The notes under the pieces: generated by a model | The model's input: the letters and a program-made list of their open reading frames with translations, nothing else | Databases searched by the model: none | Told to the model about the DNA's origin: nothing | NCBI GenBank assembly: GCA_964057225.1 | Contig: OZ059898.1 | Location: forward strand, 3,348,001 to 3,412,000 | Length of the DNA stretch: 64,000 nt | Source: Auanema rhodensis | Taxonomy: Eukaryota > Animalia > Nematoda | Direction: 5' to 3' | Shown: piece by piece, positions 51,701 to 64,000 of the stretch | Layout of the letters: each line of letters begins with the position of its first letter | Position numbering within the stretch: the stretch's first letter is position 1 | Position numbers and translations under genes: made by a program

Positions 51701-53699
51701 TTATATCCTCGATTTTCACCCTGAAGAATTAATTTTTTCGTTGAATAACATTGTCTATCGTCTTTGCCTTGAAAAATGGAATCTAAAAACATCTACTTTT
51801 TGCTAAATTATTTTGAAATTTTTCGAAAAAATTTTTGTCAAAATGTTTTTGGAAGCAATGTTGAGTGTACATGGAAACTCAACATACACTAATGCATCAT
51901 TTTTCAAACGATCATAACTAATTTTTGTATCAAGCGTTTTTCAATGTAGTATAGTGCATTCGATGCGGATTTTTAAGCTGCGTCGATCTGTGTTATCAGA
52001 TTTGCGCTAGCTTAAAAATGCACCGAGATATCAACTGATACAAGTTCACACTTATATCCTCGATTTTCACCCTGAAGAATTAATTTTCTCGTTGAATAAC
52101 ATTGTCCATCGTCTTTGCCTTGAAAAAAGGAATCTAAAAACATCTACTTTTTGCTAAATTATTTTGAAATTTTCCGAAAAAATTTTTGTCAAAATGTTTT
52201 TGGAAGCAATGTTGAGTGTACATGGAAACTCAACATACACTAATGCATCATTTTTCAAACGATCATAACTAATTTTTGTATCAAGCGTTTTTCAATGTAG
52301 TATAGTGCATTCGATGCGGATTTTTAAGCTGCGTCGATCTGTGTTATCAGATTTGCGCTAGCTTAAAAATGCACCGAGATATCAACTGATACAAGTTCAC
52401 ACTTATATCTTCGATTTTCACCCTGAAGAAATAATTTTTTCGTTGAATAACATTGTCCATCGTCTTTGCTTTGAAAAAAGGATTCTAAAAACATCTACTT
52501 TTTGCTAAATTATTTTGAAATTTTTCGAAAAAATTTTTGTCAAAATGTTTTTGGAAGCAATGTTGAGTGTACATGGAAACTCAACATACACTAATGCATC
52601 ATTTTTCAAACGATCATAACTAATTTTTGTATCAAGCGTTTCTTAATGTTGTATAGTGCATTCGATCCGGATTTTTAAGCTGCGTCGATCTGTGTTATCA
52701 GATTTGCGCTAGCTTAAAAATGCACCGAGATATCAACTGATATAAGTTCACACTTATATCCTCGATTTTCACCCTGAAGAAATAATTTTTTCGTTGAATA
52801 ACATCGTCCATCGTCTTTGCCTTGAAAAAAGGAATCTAAAAACATCTACTTTTTGCTAAATTATTTTGAAATTTTTCGAAAAAATTTTTGTCAAAATGTT
52901 TTTGGAAGCAATGTTGAGTGTACATGGAAACTCAACATACACTAATGCATCATTTTTCAAACGATCATAACTAATTTTTGTATTAAGCTTTTCTCAATGT
53001 AGTATAGTGCATTCGATGCGGATTTTTAAGCTGCGTCGATCTGTGTTATCAGATTTGCGCTAGCTTAAAAATGCACCGAGATATCAACTGATATAAGTTC
53101 ACACTTATATCCTCGATTTTCACCCTGAAGAATTAATTTTTTCGTTGAATAACATTGTCTATCGTCTTTGCCTTGAAAAATCGAATCTAAAAACATCTAC
53201 TTTTCGCTAAATTATTTTGAAATTTTTCGAAAAAATTTTTGTCAAAATGTTTTTGGAAGCAATGTTGAGTGTACATGGAAACTCAACATACACTAATGCA
53301 TCATTTTTCAAACGATCATAACTAATTTTTGTATCAAGCGTTTTTCAATGTAGTATAGTGCATTCGATCCGGATTTTTAAGCTGCGTCGATCTTTGTTAT
53401 CAGATTTGCGCTAGCTTAAAAATGCACCGAGATATCAACTGATATAAGTTCACACTTATATCCTCGATTTTCACCCTGAAGAAATAATTTTTTCGTTGAA
53501 TAACATCGTCCATCGTCTTTGCCTTGAAAAAAGGAATCTAAAAACATCTACTTTTTGCTAAATTATTCTGAAATTTTTCGAAAAAATTTTTGTCAAAATG
53601 TTTTTGGAAGCAATGTTGAGTGTACATGGAAACTCAACATACACTAATGCATCATTTTTCAAACGATCATAACTAATTTTTGTATCAAGCGTTTCTTAA
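48786..53699. repeat. Tandem duplication of a 7-monomer block (period 2457 bp; M140-146 / M147-153)
   Basis: gatctTtg occurs at 50937 and 53394 (2457 = 7x351). All seven monomer haplotypes repeat in order. Confidence 0.88.
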
Positions 53700-54401
53700 T
53701 GTTGTATAGTGCATTCGATCCGGATTTTTAAGCTGCGTCGATCTGTGTTATCAGATTTGCGCTAGCTTAAAAATGCACCGAGATATCAACTGATATAAGT
53801 TCACACTTATATCCTCGATTTTCACCCTGAAGAAATAATTTTTTCGTTGAATAACATCGTCCATCGTCTTTGCCTTGAAAAAAGGAATCTAAAAACATCT
53901 ACTTTTTGCTAAATTATTTTGAAATTTTTCGAAAAAATTTTTGTCAAAATGTTTTTGGAAGCAATGTTGAGTGTACATGGAAACTCAACATACACTAATG
54001 CATCATTTTTCAAACGATCATAACTAATTTTTGTATCAAGCGTTTTTCAATGTAGTATAGTGCATTCGATGCGGATTTTTAAGCTGCGTCGATCTGTGTT
54101 ATCAGATTTGCGCTAGCTTAAAAATGCACCGAGATATCAACTGATACAAGTTCACACTTATATCTTCGATTTTCACCCTGAAGAAATAATTTTTTCGTTG
54201 AATAACATTGTCCATCGTCTTTGCTTTGAAAAAAGGATTCTAAAAACATCTACTTTTTGCTAAATTATTTTGAAATTTTTCGAAAAAATTTTTGTCAAAA
54301 TGTTTTTGGAAGCAATGTTGAGTGTACATGGAAACTCAACATACACTAATGCATCATTTTTCAAACGATCATAACTAATTTTTGTATCAAGCGTTTCTTA
54401 A

Positions 54402-57400
54402 TGTTGTATAGTGCATTCGATCCGGATTTTTAAGCTGCGTCGATCTGTGTTATCAGATTTGCGCTAGCTTAAAAATGCACCGAGATATCAACTGATATAA
54501 GTTCACACTTATATCCTCGATTTTCACCCTGAAGAAATAATTTTTTCGTTGAATAACATCGTCCATCGTCTTTGCCTTGAAAAAAGGAATCTAAAAACAT
54601 CTACTTTCTGCTAAATTATTTTGAAATTTTTCGAAAAAATTTTTGTCAAAATGTTTTTGGAAGCAATGTTGAGTGTACATGGAAACTCAACATACACTAA
54701 TGCATCATTTTTCAAACGATCATAACTAATTTTTGTATCAAGCGTTTTTCAATGTAGTATAGTGCATTCGATGCGGATTTTTAAGCTGCGTCGATCTGTG
54801 TTATCAGATTTGCGCTAGCTTAAAAATGCACCGAGATATCAACTGATACAAGTTCACACTTATATCTTCGATTTTCACCCTGAAGAAATAATTTTTTCGT
54901 TGAATAACATTGTCCATCGTCTTTGCTTTGAAAAAAGGATTCTAAAAACATCTACTTTTTGCTAAATTATTTTGAAATTTTTCGAAAAAATTTTTGTCAA
55001 AATGTTTTTGGAAGCAATGTTGAGTGTACATGGAAACTCAACATACACTAATGCATCATTTTTCAAACGATCATAACTAATTTTTGTATCAAGCGTTTCT
55101 TAATGTTGTATAGTGCATTCGATCCGGATTTTTAAGCTGCGTCGATCTGTGTTATCAGATTTGCGCTAGCTTAAAAATGCACCGAGATATCAACTGATAT
55201 AAGTTCACACTTATATCCTCGATTTTCACCCTGAAGAAATAATTTTTTCGTTGAATAACATCGTCCATCGTCTTTGCCTTGAAAAAAGGAATCTAAAAAC
55301 ATCTACTTTTTGCTAAATTATTCTGAAATTTTTCGAAAAAATTTTTGTCAAAATGTTTTTGGAAGCAATGTTGAGTGTACATGGAAACTCAACATACACT
55401 AATGCATCATTTTTCAAACGATCATAACTAATTTTTGTATCAAGCGTTTCTTAATGTTGTATAGTGCATTCGATCCGGATTTTTAAGCTGCGTCGATCTG
55501 TGTTATCAGATTTGCGCTAGCTTAAAAATGCACCGAGATATCAACTGATATAAGTTCACACTTATATCCTCGATTTTCACCCTGAAGAAATAATTTTTTC
55601 GTTGAATAACATCGTCCATCGTCTTTGCCTTGAAAAAAGGAATCTAAAAACATCTACTTTTTGCTAAATTATTTTGAAATTTTTCGAAAAAATTTTTGTC
55701 AAAATGTTTTTGGAAGCAATGTTGAGTGTACATGGAAACTCAACATACACTAATGCATCATTTTTCAAACGATCATAACTAATTTTTGTATCAAGCGTTT
55801 TTCAATGTAGTATAGTGCATTCGATGCGGATTTTTAAGCTGCGTCGATCTGTGTTATCAGATTTGCGCTAGCTTAAAAATGCACCGAGATATCAACTGAT
55901 ACAAGTTCACACTTATATCTTCGATTTTCACCCTGAAGAAATAATTTTTTCGTTGAATAACATTGTCCATCGTCTTTGCTTTGAAAAAAGGATTCTAAAA
56001 ACATCTACTTTTTGCTAAATTATTTTGAAATTTTTCGAAAAAATTTTTGTCAAAATGTTTTTGGAAGCAATGTTGAGTGTACATGGAAACTCAACATACA
56101 CTAATGCATCATTTTTCAAACGATCATAACTAATTTTTGTATCAAGCGTTTCTTAATGTTGTATAGTGCATTCGATCCGGATTTTTAAGCTGCGTCGATC
56201 TGTGTTATCAGATTTGCGCTAGCTTAAAAATGCACCGAGATATCAACTGATATAAGTTCACACTTATATCCTCGATTTTCACCCTGAAGAAATAATTTTT
56301 TCGTTGAATAACATCGTCCATCGTCTTTGCCTTGAAAAAAGGAATCTAAAAACATCTACTTTCTGCTAAATTATTTTGAAATTTTTCGAAAAAATTTTTG
56401 TCAAAATGTTTTTGGAAGCAATGTTGAGTGTACATGGAAACTCAACATACACTAATGCATCATTTTTCAAACGATCATAACTAATTTTTGTATTAAGCGT
56501 TTCTCAATGTAGTAAAGTGCATTCGATGCGGATTTTTAAGCTGCGTCGATCTGTGTTATCAGATTTGCGCTAGCTTAAAAATGCACCGAGATATCAACTG
56601 ATATAAGTTCACACTTATATCCTCGATTTTCACCCTGAAGAATTAATTTGTTCGTTGAATAACATTGTCTATCGTCTTTGCCTTGAGAAATGGAATCTAA
56701 AAACATCTACTTTTTGCTAAATTATTTTGAAATTTTTCGAAAAAATTTTTGTCAAAATGTTTTTGGAAGCAATGTTGAGTGTACATGGAAACTCAACATA
56801 CACTAATGCATCATTTTTCAAACGATCATAACTAATTTTTGTATCAAGCGTTTCTTAATGTTGTATAGTGCATTCGATCCGGATTTTTAAGCTGCGTCGA
56901 TCTGTGTTATCAGATTTGCGCTAGCTTAAAAATGCACCGAGATATCAACTGATATAAGTTCACACTTATATCCTCGATTTTCACCCTGAAGAAATAATTT
57001 TTTCGTTGAATAACATCGTCCATCGTCTTTGCCTTGAAAAAAGGAATCTAAAAACATCTACTTTCTGCTAAATTATTTTGAAATTTTTCGAAAAAATTTT
57101 TGTCAAAATGTTTTTGGAAGCAATGTTGAGTGTACATGGAAACTCAACATACACTAATGCATCATTTTTCAAACGATCATAACTAATTTTTGTATCAAGC
57201 GTTTTTCAATGTAGTATAGTGCATTCGATGCGGATTTTTAAGCTGCGTCGATCTGTGTTATCAGATTTGCGCTAGCTTAAAAATGCACCGAGATATCAAC
57301 TGATACAAGTTCACACTTATATCTTCGATTTTCACCCTGAAGAAATAATTTTTTCGTTGAATAACATTGTCCATCGTCTTTGCTTTGAAAAAAGGATTCT

Positions 57401-59183
57401 AAAAACATCTACTTTTTGCTAAATTATTTTGAAATTTTTCGAAAAAATTTTTGTCAAAATGTTTTTGGAAGCAATGTTGAGTGTACATGGAAACTCAACA
57501 TACACTAATGCATCATTTTTCAAACGATCATAACTAATTTTTGTATCAAGCGTTTCTTAATGTTGTATAGTGCATTCGATCCGGATTTTTAAGCTGCGTC
57601 GATCTGTGTTATCAGATTTGCGCTAGCTTAAAAATGCACCGAGATATCAACTGATATAAGTTCACACTTATATCCTCGATTTTCACCCTGAAGAAATAAT
57701 TTTTTCGTTGAATAACATCGTCCATCGTCTTTGCCTTGAAAAAAGGAATCTAAAAACATCTACTTTTTGCTAAATTATTCTGAAATTTTTCGAAAAAATT
57801 TTTGTCAAAATGTTTTTGGAAGCAATGTTGAGTGTACATGGAAACTCAACATACACTAATGCATCATTTTTCAAACGATCATAACTAATTTTTGTATCAA
57901 GCGTTTCTTAATGTTGTATAGTGCATTCGATCCGGATTTTTAAGCTGCGTCGATCTGTGTTATCAGATTTGCGCTAGCTTAAAAATGCACCGAGATATCA
58001 ACTGATATAAGTTCACACTTATATCCTCGATTTTCACCCTGAAGAAATAATTTTTTCGTTGAATAACATCGTCCATCGTCTTTGCCTTGAAAAAAGGAAT
58101 CTAAAAACATCTACTTTTTGCTAAATTATTTTGAAATTTTTCGAAAAAATTTTTGTCAAAATGTTTTTGGAAGCAATGTTGAGTGTACATGGAAACTCAA
58201 CATACACTAATGCATCATTTTTCAAACGATCATAACTAATTTTTGTATCAAGCGTTTTTCAATGTAGTATAGTGCATTCGATGCGGATTTTTAAGCTGCG
58301 TCGATCTGTGTTATCAGATTTGCGCTAGCTTAAAAATGCACCGAGATATCAACTGATACAAGTTCACACTTATATCTTCGATTTTCACCCTGAAGAAATA
58401 ATTTTTTCGTTGAATAACATTGTCCATCGTCTTTGCTTTGAAAAAAGGATTCTAAAAACATCTACTTTTTGCTAAATTATTTTGAAATTTTTCGAAAAAA
58501 TTTTTGTCAAAATGTTTTTGGAAGCAATGTTGAGTGTACATGGAAACTCAACATACACTAATGCATCATTTTTCAAACGATCATAACTAATTTTTGTATC
58601 AAGCGTTTCTTAATGTTGTATAGTGCATTCGATCCGGATTTTTAAGCTGCGTCGATCTGTGTTATCAGATTTGCGCTAGCTTAAAAATGCACCGAGATAT
58701 CAACTGATATAAGTTCACACTTATATCCTCGATTTTCACCCTGAAGAAATAATTTTTTCGTTGAATAACATCGTCCATCGTCTTTGCCTTGAAAAAAGGA
58801 ATCTAAAAACATCTACTTTCTGCTAAATTATTTTGAAATTTTTCGAAAAAATTTTTGTCAAAATGTTTTTGGAAGCAATGTTGAGTGTACATGGAAACTC
58901 AACATACACTAATGCATCATTTTTCAAACGATCATAACTAATTTTTGTATTAAGCGTTTCTCAATGTAGTAAAGTGCATTCGATGCGGATTTTTAAGCTG
59001 CGTCGATCTGTGTTATCAGATTTGCGCTAGCTTAAAAATGCACCGAGATATCAACTGATATAAGTTCACACTTATATCCTCGATTTTCACCCTGAAGAAT
59101 TAATTTGTTCGTTGAATAACATTGTCTATCGTCTTTGCCTTGAGAAATGGAATCTAAAAACATCTACTTTTTGCTAAATTATT
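54402..59183. repeat. Second, different 7-monomer tandem duplication (M156-162 / M163-169)
   Basis: The monomer carrying gtaAag + tttGttcg starts at 56508 and 58965 (2457 apart). Monomers carrying actttCtg start at 54402/56859 and 56157/58614. Confidence 0.82.
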
Positions 59184-62100
59184 CTGAAATTTTTCGAAAA
59201 AATTTTTGTCAAAATGTTTTTGGAAGCAATGTTGAGTGTACATGGAAACTCAACATACACTAATGCATCATTTTTCAAACGATCATAACTAATTTTTGTA
59301 TTAAGCGTTTTTCAATGTAGTATAGTGCATTCGATGCGGATTTTTAAGCTGCGTCGATCTGTGTTATCAGATTTGCGCTAGCTTAAAAATGCACCGAGAT
59401 ATCAACTGATATAAGTTCACACTTATATCCTCGATTTTCACCCTGAAGAATCAATTTTTTCGTTGAATAACATTGTCTATCGTCTTTGCCTTGAAAAATG
59501 GAATCTAAAAACATCTACTTTTTGCTAAATTATTTTGAAATTTTCCGAAAAAATTTTTGTCAAAATGTTTTTGGAAGCAATGTTGAGTGTACATGGAAAC
59601 TCAACATACACTAATGCATCATTTTTCAAACGATCATAACTAATTTTTGTATCAAGCGTTTTTCAATGTAGTATAGTGCATTCGATGCGGATTTTTAAGC
59701 TGCGTCGATCTGTGTTATCAGATTTGCGCTAGCTTAAAAATGCACCGAGATATCAACTGATACAAGTTCACACTTATATCTTCGATTTTCACCCTGAAGA
59801 AATAATTTTTTCGTTGAATAACATTGTCCATCGTCTTTGCTTTGAAAAAAGGATTCTAAAAACATCTACTTTTTGCTAAATTATTTTGAAATTTTTCGAA
59901 AAAATTTTTGTCAAAATGTTTTTGGAAGCAATGTTGAGTGTACATGGAAACTCAACATACACTAATGCATCATTTTTCAAACGATCATAACTAATTTTTG
60001 TATCAAGCGTTTCTTAATGTTGTATAGTGCATTCGATCCGGATTTTTAAGCTGCGTCGATCTGTGTTATCAGATTTGCGCTAGCTTAAAAATGCACCGAG
60101 ATATCAACTGATATAAGTTCACACTTATATCCTCGATTTTCACCCTGAAGAAATAATTTTTTCGTTGAATAACATCGTCCATCGTCTTTGCCTTGAAAAA
60201 AGGAATCTAAAAACATCTACTTTTTGCTAAATTATTTTGAAATTTTTCGAAAAAATTTTTGTCAAAATGTTTTTGGAAGCAATGTTGAGTGTACATGGAA
60301 ACTCAACATACACTAATGCATCATTTTTCAAACGATCATAACTAATTTTTGTATTAAGCTTTTCTCAATGTAGTATAGTGCATTCGATGCGGATTTTTAA
60401 GCTGCGTCGATCTGTGTTATCAGATTTGCGCTAGCTTAAAAATGCACCGAGATATCAACTGATATAAGTTCACACTTATATCCTCGATTTTCACCCTGAA
60501 GAATTAATTTTTTCGTTGAATAACATTGTCTATCGTCTTTGCCTTGAAAAATGGAATCTAAAAACATCTACTTTTTGCTAAATTATTCTGAAATTTTTCG
60601 AAAAAATTTTTGTCAAAATGTTTTTGGAAGCAATGTTGAGTGTACATGGAAACTCAACATACACTAATGCATCATTTTTCAAACGATCATAACTAATTTT
60701 TGTATCAAGCGTTTCTTAATGTTGTATAGTGCATTCGATCCGGATTTTTAAGCTGCGTCGATCTGTGTTATCAGATTTGCGCTAGCTTAAAAATGCACCG
60801 AGATATCAACTGATATAAGTTCACACTTATATCCTCGATTTTCACCCTGAAGAAATAATTTTTTCGTTGAATAACATCGTCCATCGTCTTTGCCTTGAAA
60901 AAAGGAATCTAAAAACATCTACTTTTTGCTAAATTATTCTGAAATTTTTCGAAAAAATTTTTGTCAAAATGTTTTTGGAAGCAATGTTGAGTGTACATGG
61001 AAACTCAACATACACTAATGCATCATTTTTCAAACGATCATAACTAATTTTTGTATCAAGCGTTTCTTAATGTTGTATAGTGCATTCGATCCGGATTTTT
61101 AAGCTGCGTCGATCTGTGTTATCAGATTTGCGCTAGCTTAAAAATGCACCGAGATATCAACTGATATAAGTTCACACTTATATCCTCGATTTTCACCCTG
61201 AAGAAATAATTTTTTCGTTGAATAACATCGTCCATCGTCTTTGCCTTGAAAAAAGGAATCTAAAAACATCTACTTTTTGCTAAATTATTTTGAAATTTTT
61301 CGAAAAAATTTTTGTCAAAATGTTTTTGGAAGCAATGTTGAGTGTACATGGAAACTCAACATACACTAATGCATCATTTTTCAAACGATCATAACTAATT
61401 TTTGTATCAAGCGTTTTTCAATGTAGTATAGTGCATTCGATGCGGATTTTTAAGCTGCGTCGATCTGTGTTATCAGATTTGCGCTAGCTTAAAAATGCAC
61501 CGAGATATCAACTGATACAAGTTCACACTTATATCTTCGATTTTCACCCTGAAGAAATAATTTTTTCGTTGAATAACATTGTCCATCGTCTTTGCTTTGA
61601 AAAAAGGATTCTAAAAACATCTACTTTTTGCTAAATTATTTTGAAATTTTTCGAAAAAATTTTTGTCAAAATGTTTTTGGAAGCAATGTTGAGTGTACAT
61701 GGAAACTCAACATACACTAATGCATCATTTTTCAAACGATCATAACTAATTTTTGTATCAAGCGTTTCTTAATGTTGTATAGTGCATTCGATCCGGATTT
61801 TTAAGCTGCGTCGATCTGTGTTATCAGATTTGCGCTAGCTTAAAAATGCACCGAGATATCAACTGATATAAGTTCACACTTATATCCTCGATTTTCACCC
61901 TGAAGAAATAATTTTTTCGTTGAATAACATCGTCCATCGTCTTTGCCTTGAAAAAAGGAATCTAAAAACATCTACTTTTTGCTAAATTATTTTGAAATTT
62001 TTCGAAAAAATTTTTGTCAAAATGTTTTTGGAAGCAATGTTGAGTGTACATGGAAACTCAACATACACTAATGCATCATTTTTCAAACGATCATAACTAA

Positions 62101-64000
62101 TTTTTGTATTAAGCTTTTCTCAATGTAGTATAGTGCATTCGATGCGGATTTTTAAGCTGCGTCGATCTGTGTTATCAGATTTGCGCTAGCTTAAAAATGC
62201 ACCGAGATATCAACTGATATAAGTTCACACTTATATCCTCGATTTTCACCCTGAAGAATTAATTTTTTCGTTGAATAACATTGTCTATCGTCTTTGCCTT
62301 GAAAAATGGAATCTAAAAACATCTACTTTTTGCTAAATTATTCTGAAATTTTTCGAAAAAATTTTTGTCAAAATGTTTTTGGAAGCAATGTTGAGTGTAC
62401 ATGGAAACTCAACATACACTAATGCATCATTTTTCAAACGATCATAACTAATTTTTGTATTAAGCTTTTCTCAATGTAGTATAGTGCATTCGATGCGGAT
62501 TTTTAAGCTGCGTCGATCTGTGTTATCAGATTTGCGCTAGCTTAAAAATGCACCGAGATATCAACTGATATAAGTTCACACTTATATCCTCGATTTTCAC
62601 CCTGAAGAATTAATTTTTTCGTTGAATAACATTGTCTATCGTCTTTGCCTTGAAAAATGGAATCTAAAAACATCTACTTTTTGCTAAATTATTCTGAAAT
62701 TTTTCGAAAAAATTTTTGTCAAAATGTTTTTGGAAGCAATGTTGAGTGTACATGGAAACTCAACATACACTAATGCATCATTTTTCAAACGATCATAACT
62801 AATTTTTGTATCAAGCGTTTCTTAATGTTGTATAGTGCATTCGATCCGGATTTTTAAGCTGCGTCGATCTGTGTTATCAGATTTGCGCTAGCTTAAAAAT
62901 GCACAGAGATATCAACTGATATAAGTTCACACTTATATCCTCGATTTTCACCCTGAAGAAATAATTTTTTCGTTGAATAACATCGTCCATCGTCTTTGCC
63001 TTGAAAAAAGGAATCTAAAAACATCTACTTTTTGCTAAATTATTCTGAAATTTTTCGAAAAAATTTTTGTCAAAATGTTTTTGGAAGCAATGTTGAGTGT
63101 ACATGGAAACTCAACATACACTAATGCATCATTTTTCAAACGATCATAACTAATTTTTGTATCAAGCGTTTTTCAATGTAGTAAAGTGCATTCGATGCGG
63201 ATTTTTAAGCTGCGTCGATCTGTGTTATCAGATTTGCGCTAGCTTAAAAATGCACCGAGATATCAACTGATATAAGTTCACACTTATATCCTCGATTTTC
63301 ATCCTGAAGAATTAATTTTTTCGTTGAATAACATTGTCCATCGTCTTTGCCTTGAAAAATCGAATCTAAAAACATCTACTTTTCGCTAAATTATTTTGAA
63401 ATTTTTCGAAAAAATTTTTGTCAAAATGTTTTTGGAAGCAATGTTGAGTGTACATGGAAACTCAACATACACTAATGCATCATTTTTCAAACGATCATAA
63501 CTAATTTTTGTATCAAGCGTTTTTCAATGTAGTATAGTGCATTTGATGCGGATTTTTAAGCTGCGTCGATCTGTGTTATCAGATTTGCGCTAGCTTAAAA
63601 ATGCACCGAGATATCAACTGATATAAGTTCACACTTATATCCTCGATTTTCACCCTGAAGAATTAAGTTTTTCGTTGAATAACATTGTCTATCGTCTTTG
63701 CCTTGAAAAATGGAATCTAAAAACATCTACTTTTTGCTAAATTATTTTGAAATTTTTCGAAAAAATTTTTGTCAAAATTTTTTGGAAGCAATGTTGAGTG
63801 TACATGGAAACTCAACATACACTAATGCATCATTTTTCAAACGATCATAACTAATTTTTGTATCAAGCGTTTTTCAATGTAGTATAGTGCATTTAATGCG
63901 GATTTTTAAGCTGCGTCGATCTGTGTTATCAGATTTGCGCTAGCTTAAAAATGCACCGAGATATCAACTGATATAAGTTCACACTTATATCCTCGATTTT

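Larger units (their letters stand above)
1..64000. repeat. 351-bp tandem satellite DNA array (182 full monomers + 123 bp), AT-rich, single orientation, running off both window edges
   Basis: The motif tgtagtatagtgca recurs at 1, 352, 703 ... 3511, 7021, 14041, 17551 (period 351). The last copy starts at 63878 = 1 + 182x351 - 5, matching five 1-bp deletions (near 20258, 23768, 26224, 28680, 63779). I saw no non-repeat sequence or inversion. Confidence 0.99.

Noticed and set aside
1-64000. CRISPR array or other repeat-spacer/cassette system
   Set aside because: The entire 351-bp unit is repeated, with no unique spacers, leader, cas, integrase or reverse-transcriptase genes.
1-64000. A single fixed higher-order repeat across the window
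   Set aside because: Periods are local and differ (1, 2, 3, 7, 11, 14-16 monomers), and none persists beyond two or three copies.

Overview
The whole 64-kb window is one uninterrupted head-to-tail satellite DNA array. It contains 182 complete monomers of 351 bp (five are 350 bp) plus a 123-bp partial copy. A hand count of the consensus gives about 31% GC, and copies differ from it at only a few sites each. I found no supportable gene, RNA gene, transposon insertion or CRISPR array; the single ORF in the track is a by-product of one repeat variant. This looks like eukaryotic heterochromatic or (peri)centromeric satellite, probably from a lineage with little CpG methylation such as an insect or other invertebrate, but I cannot name the family or species. 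The interesting signal is structural. (1) The monomer looks like an old inverted dimer of ~175-bp subunits, with two 9-bp hairpin dyads exactly half a period apart. (2) Reading the variants monomer by monomer shows local subfamily domains and recent multi-monomer duplications (an 11-mer, two different 7-mers, and an older 14-16-mer), with no single fixed higher-order repeat. (3) All length changes fall at one spot in the monomer. 'Monomer position' counts from the phase starting at window position 1 (tgtagtatag...), and M# is the monomer number. All haplotyping was done by eye and should be confirmed by alignment.
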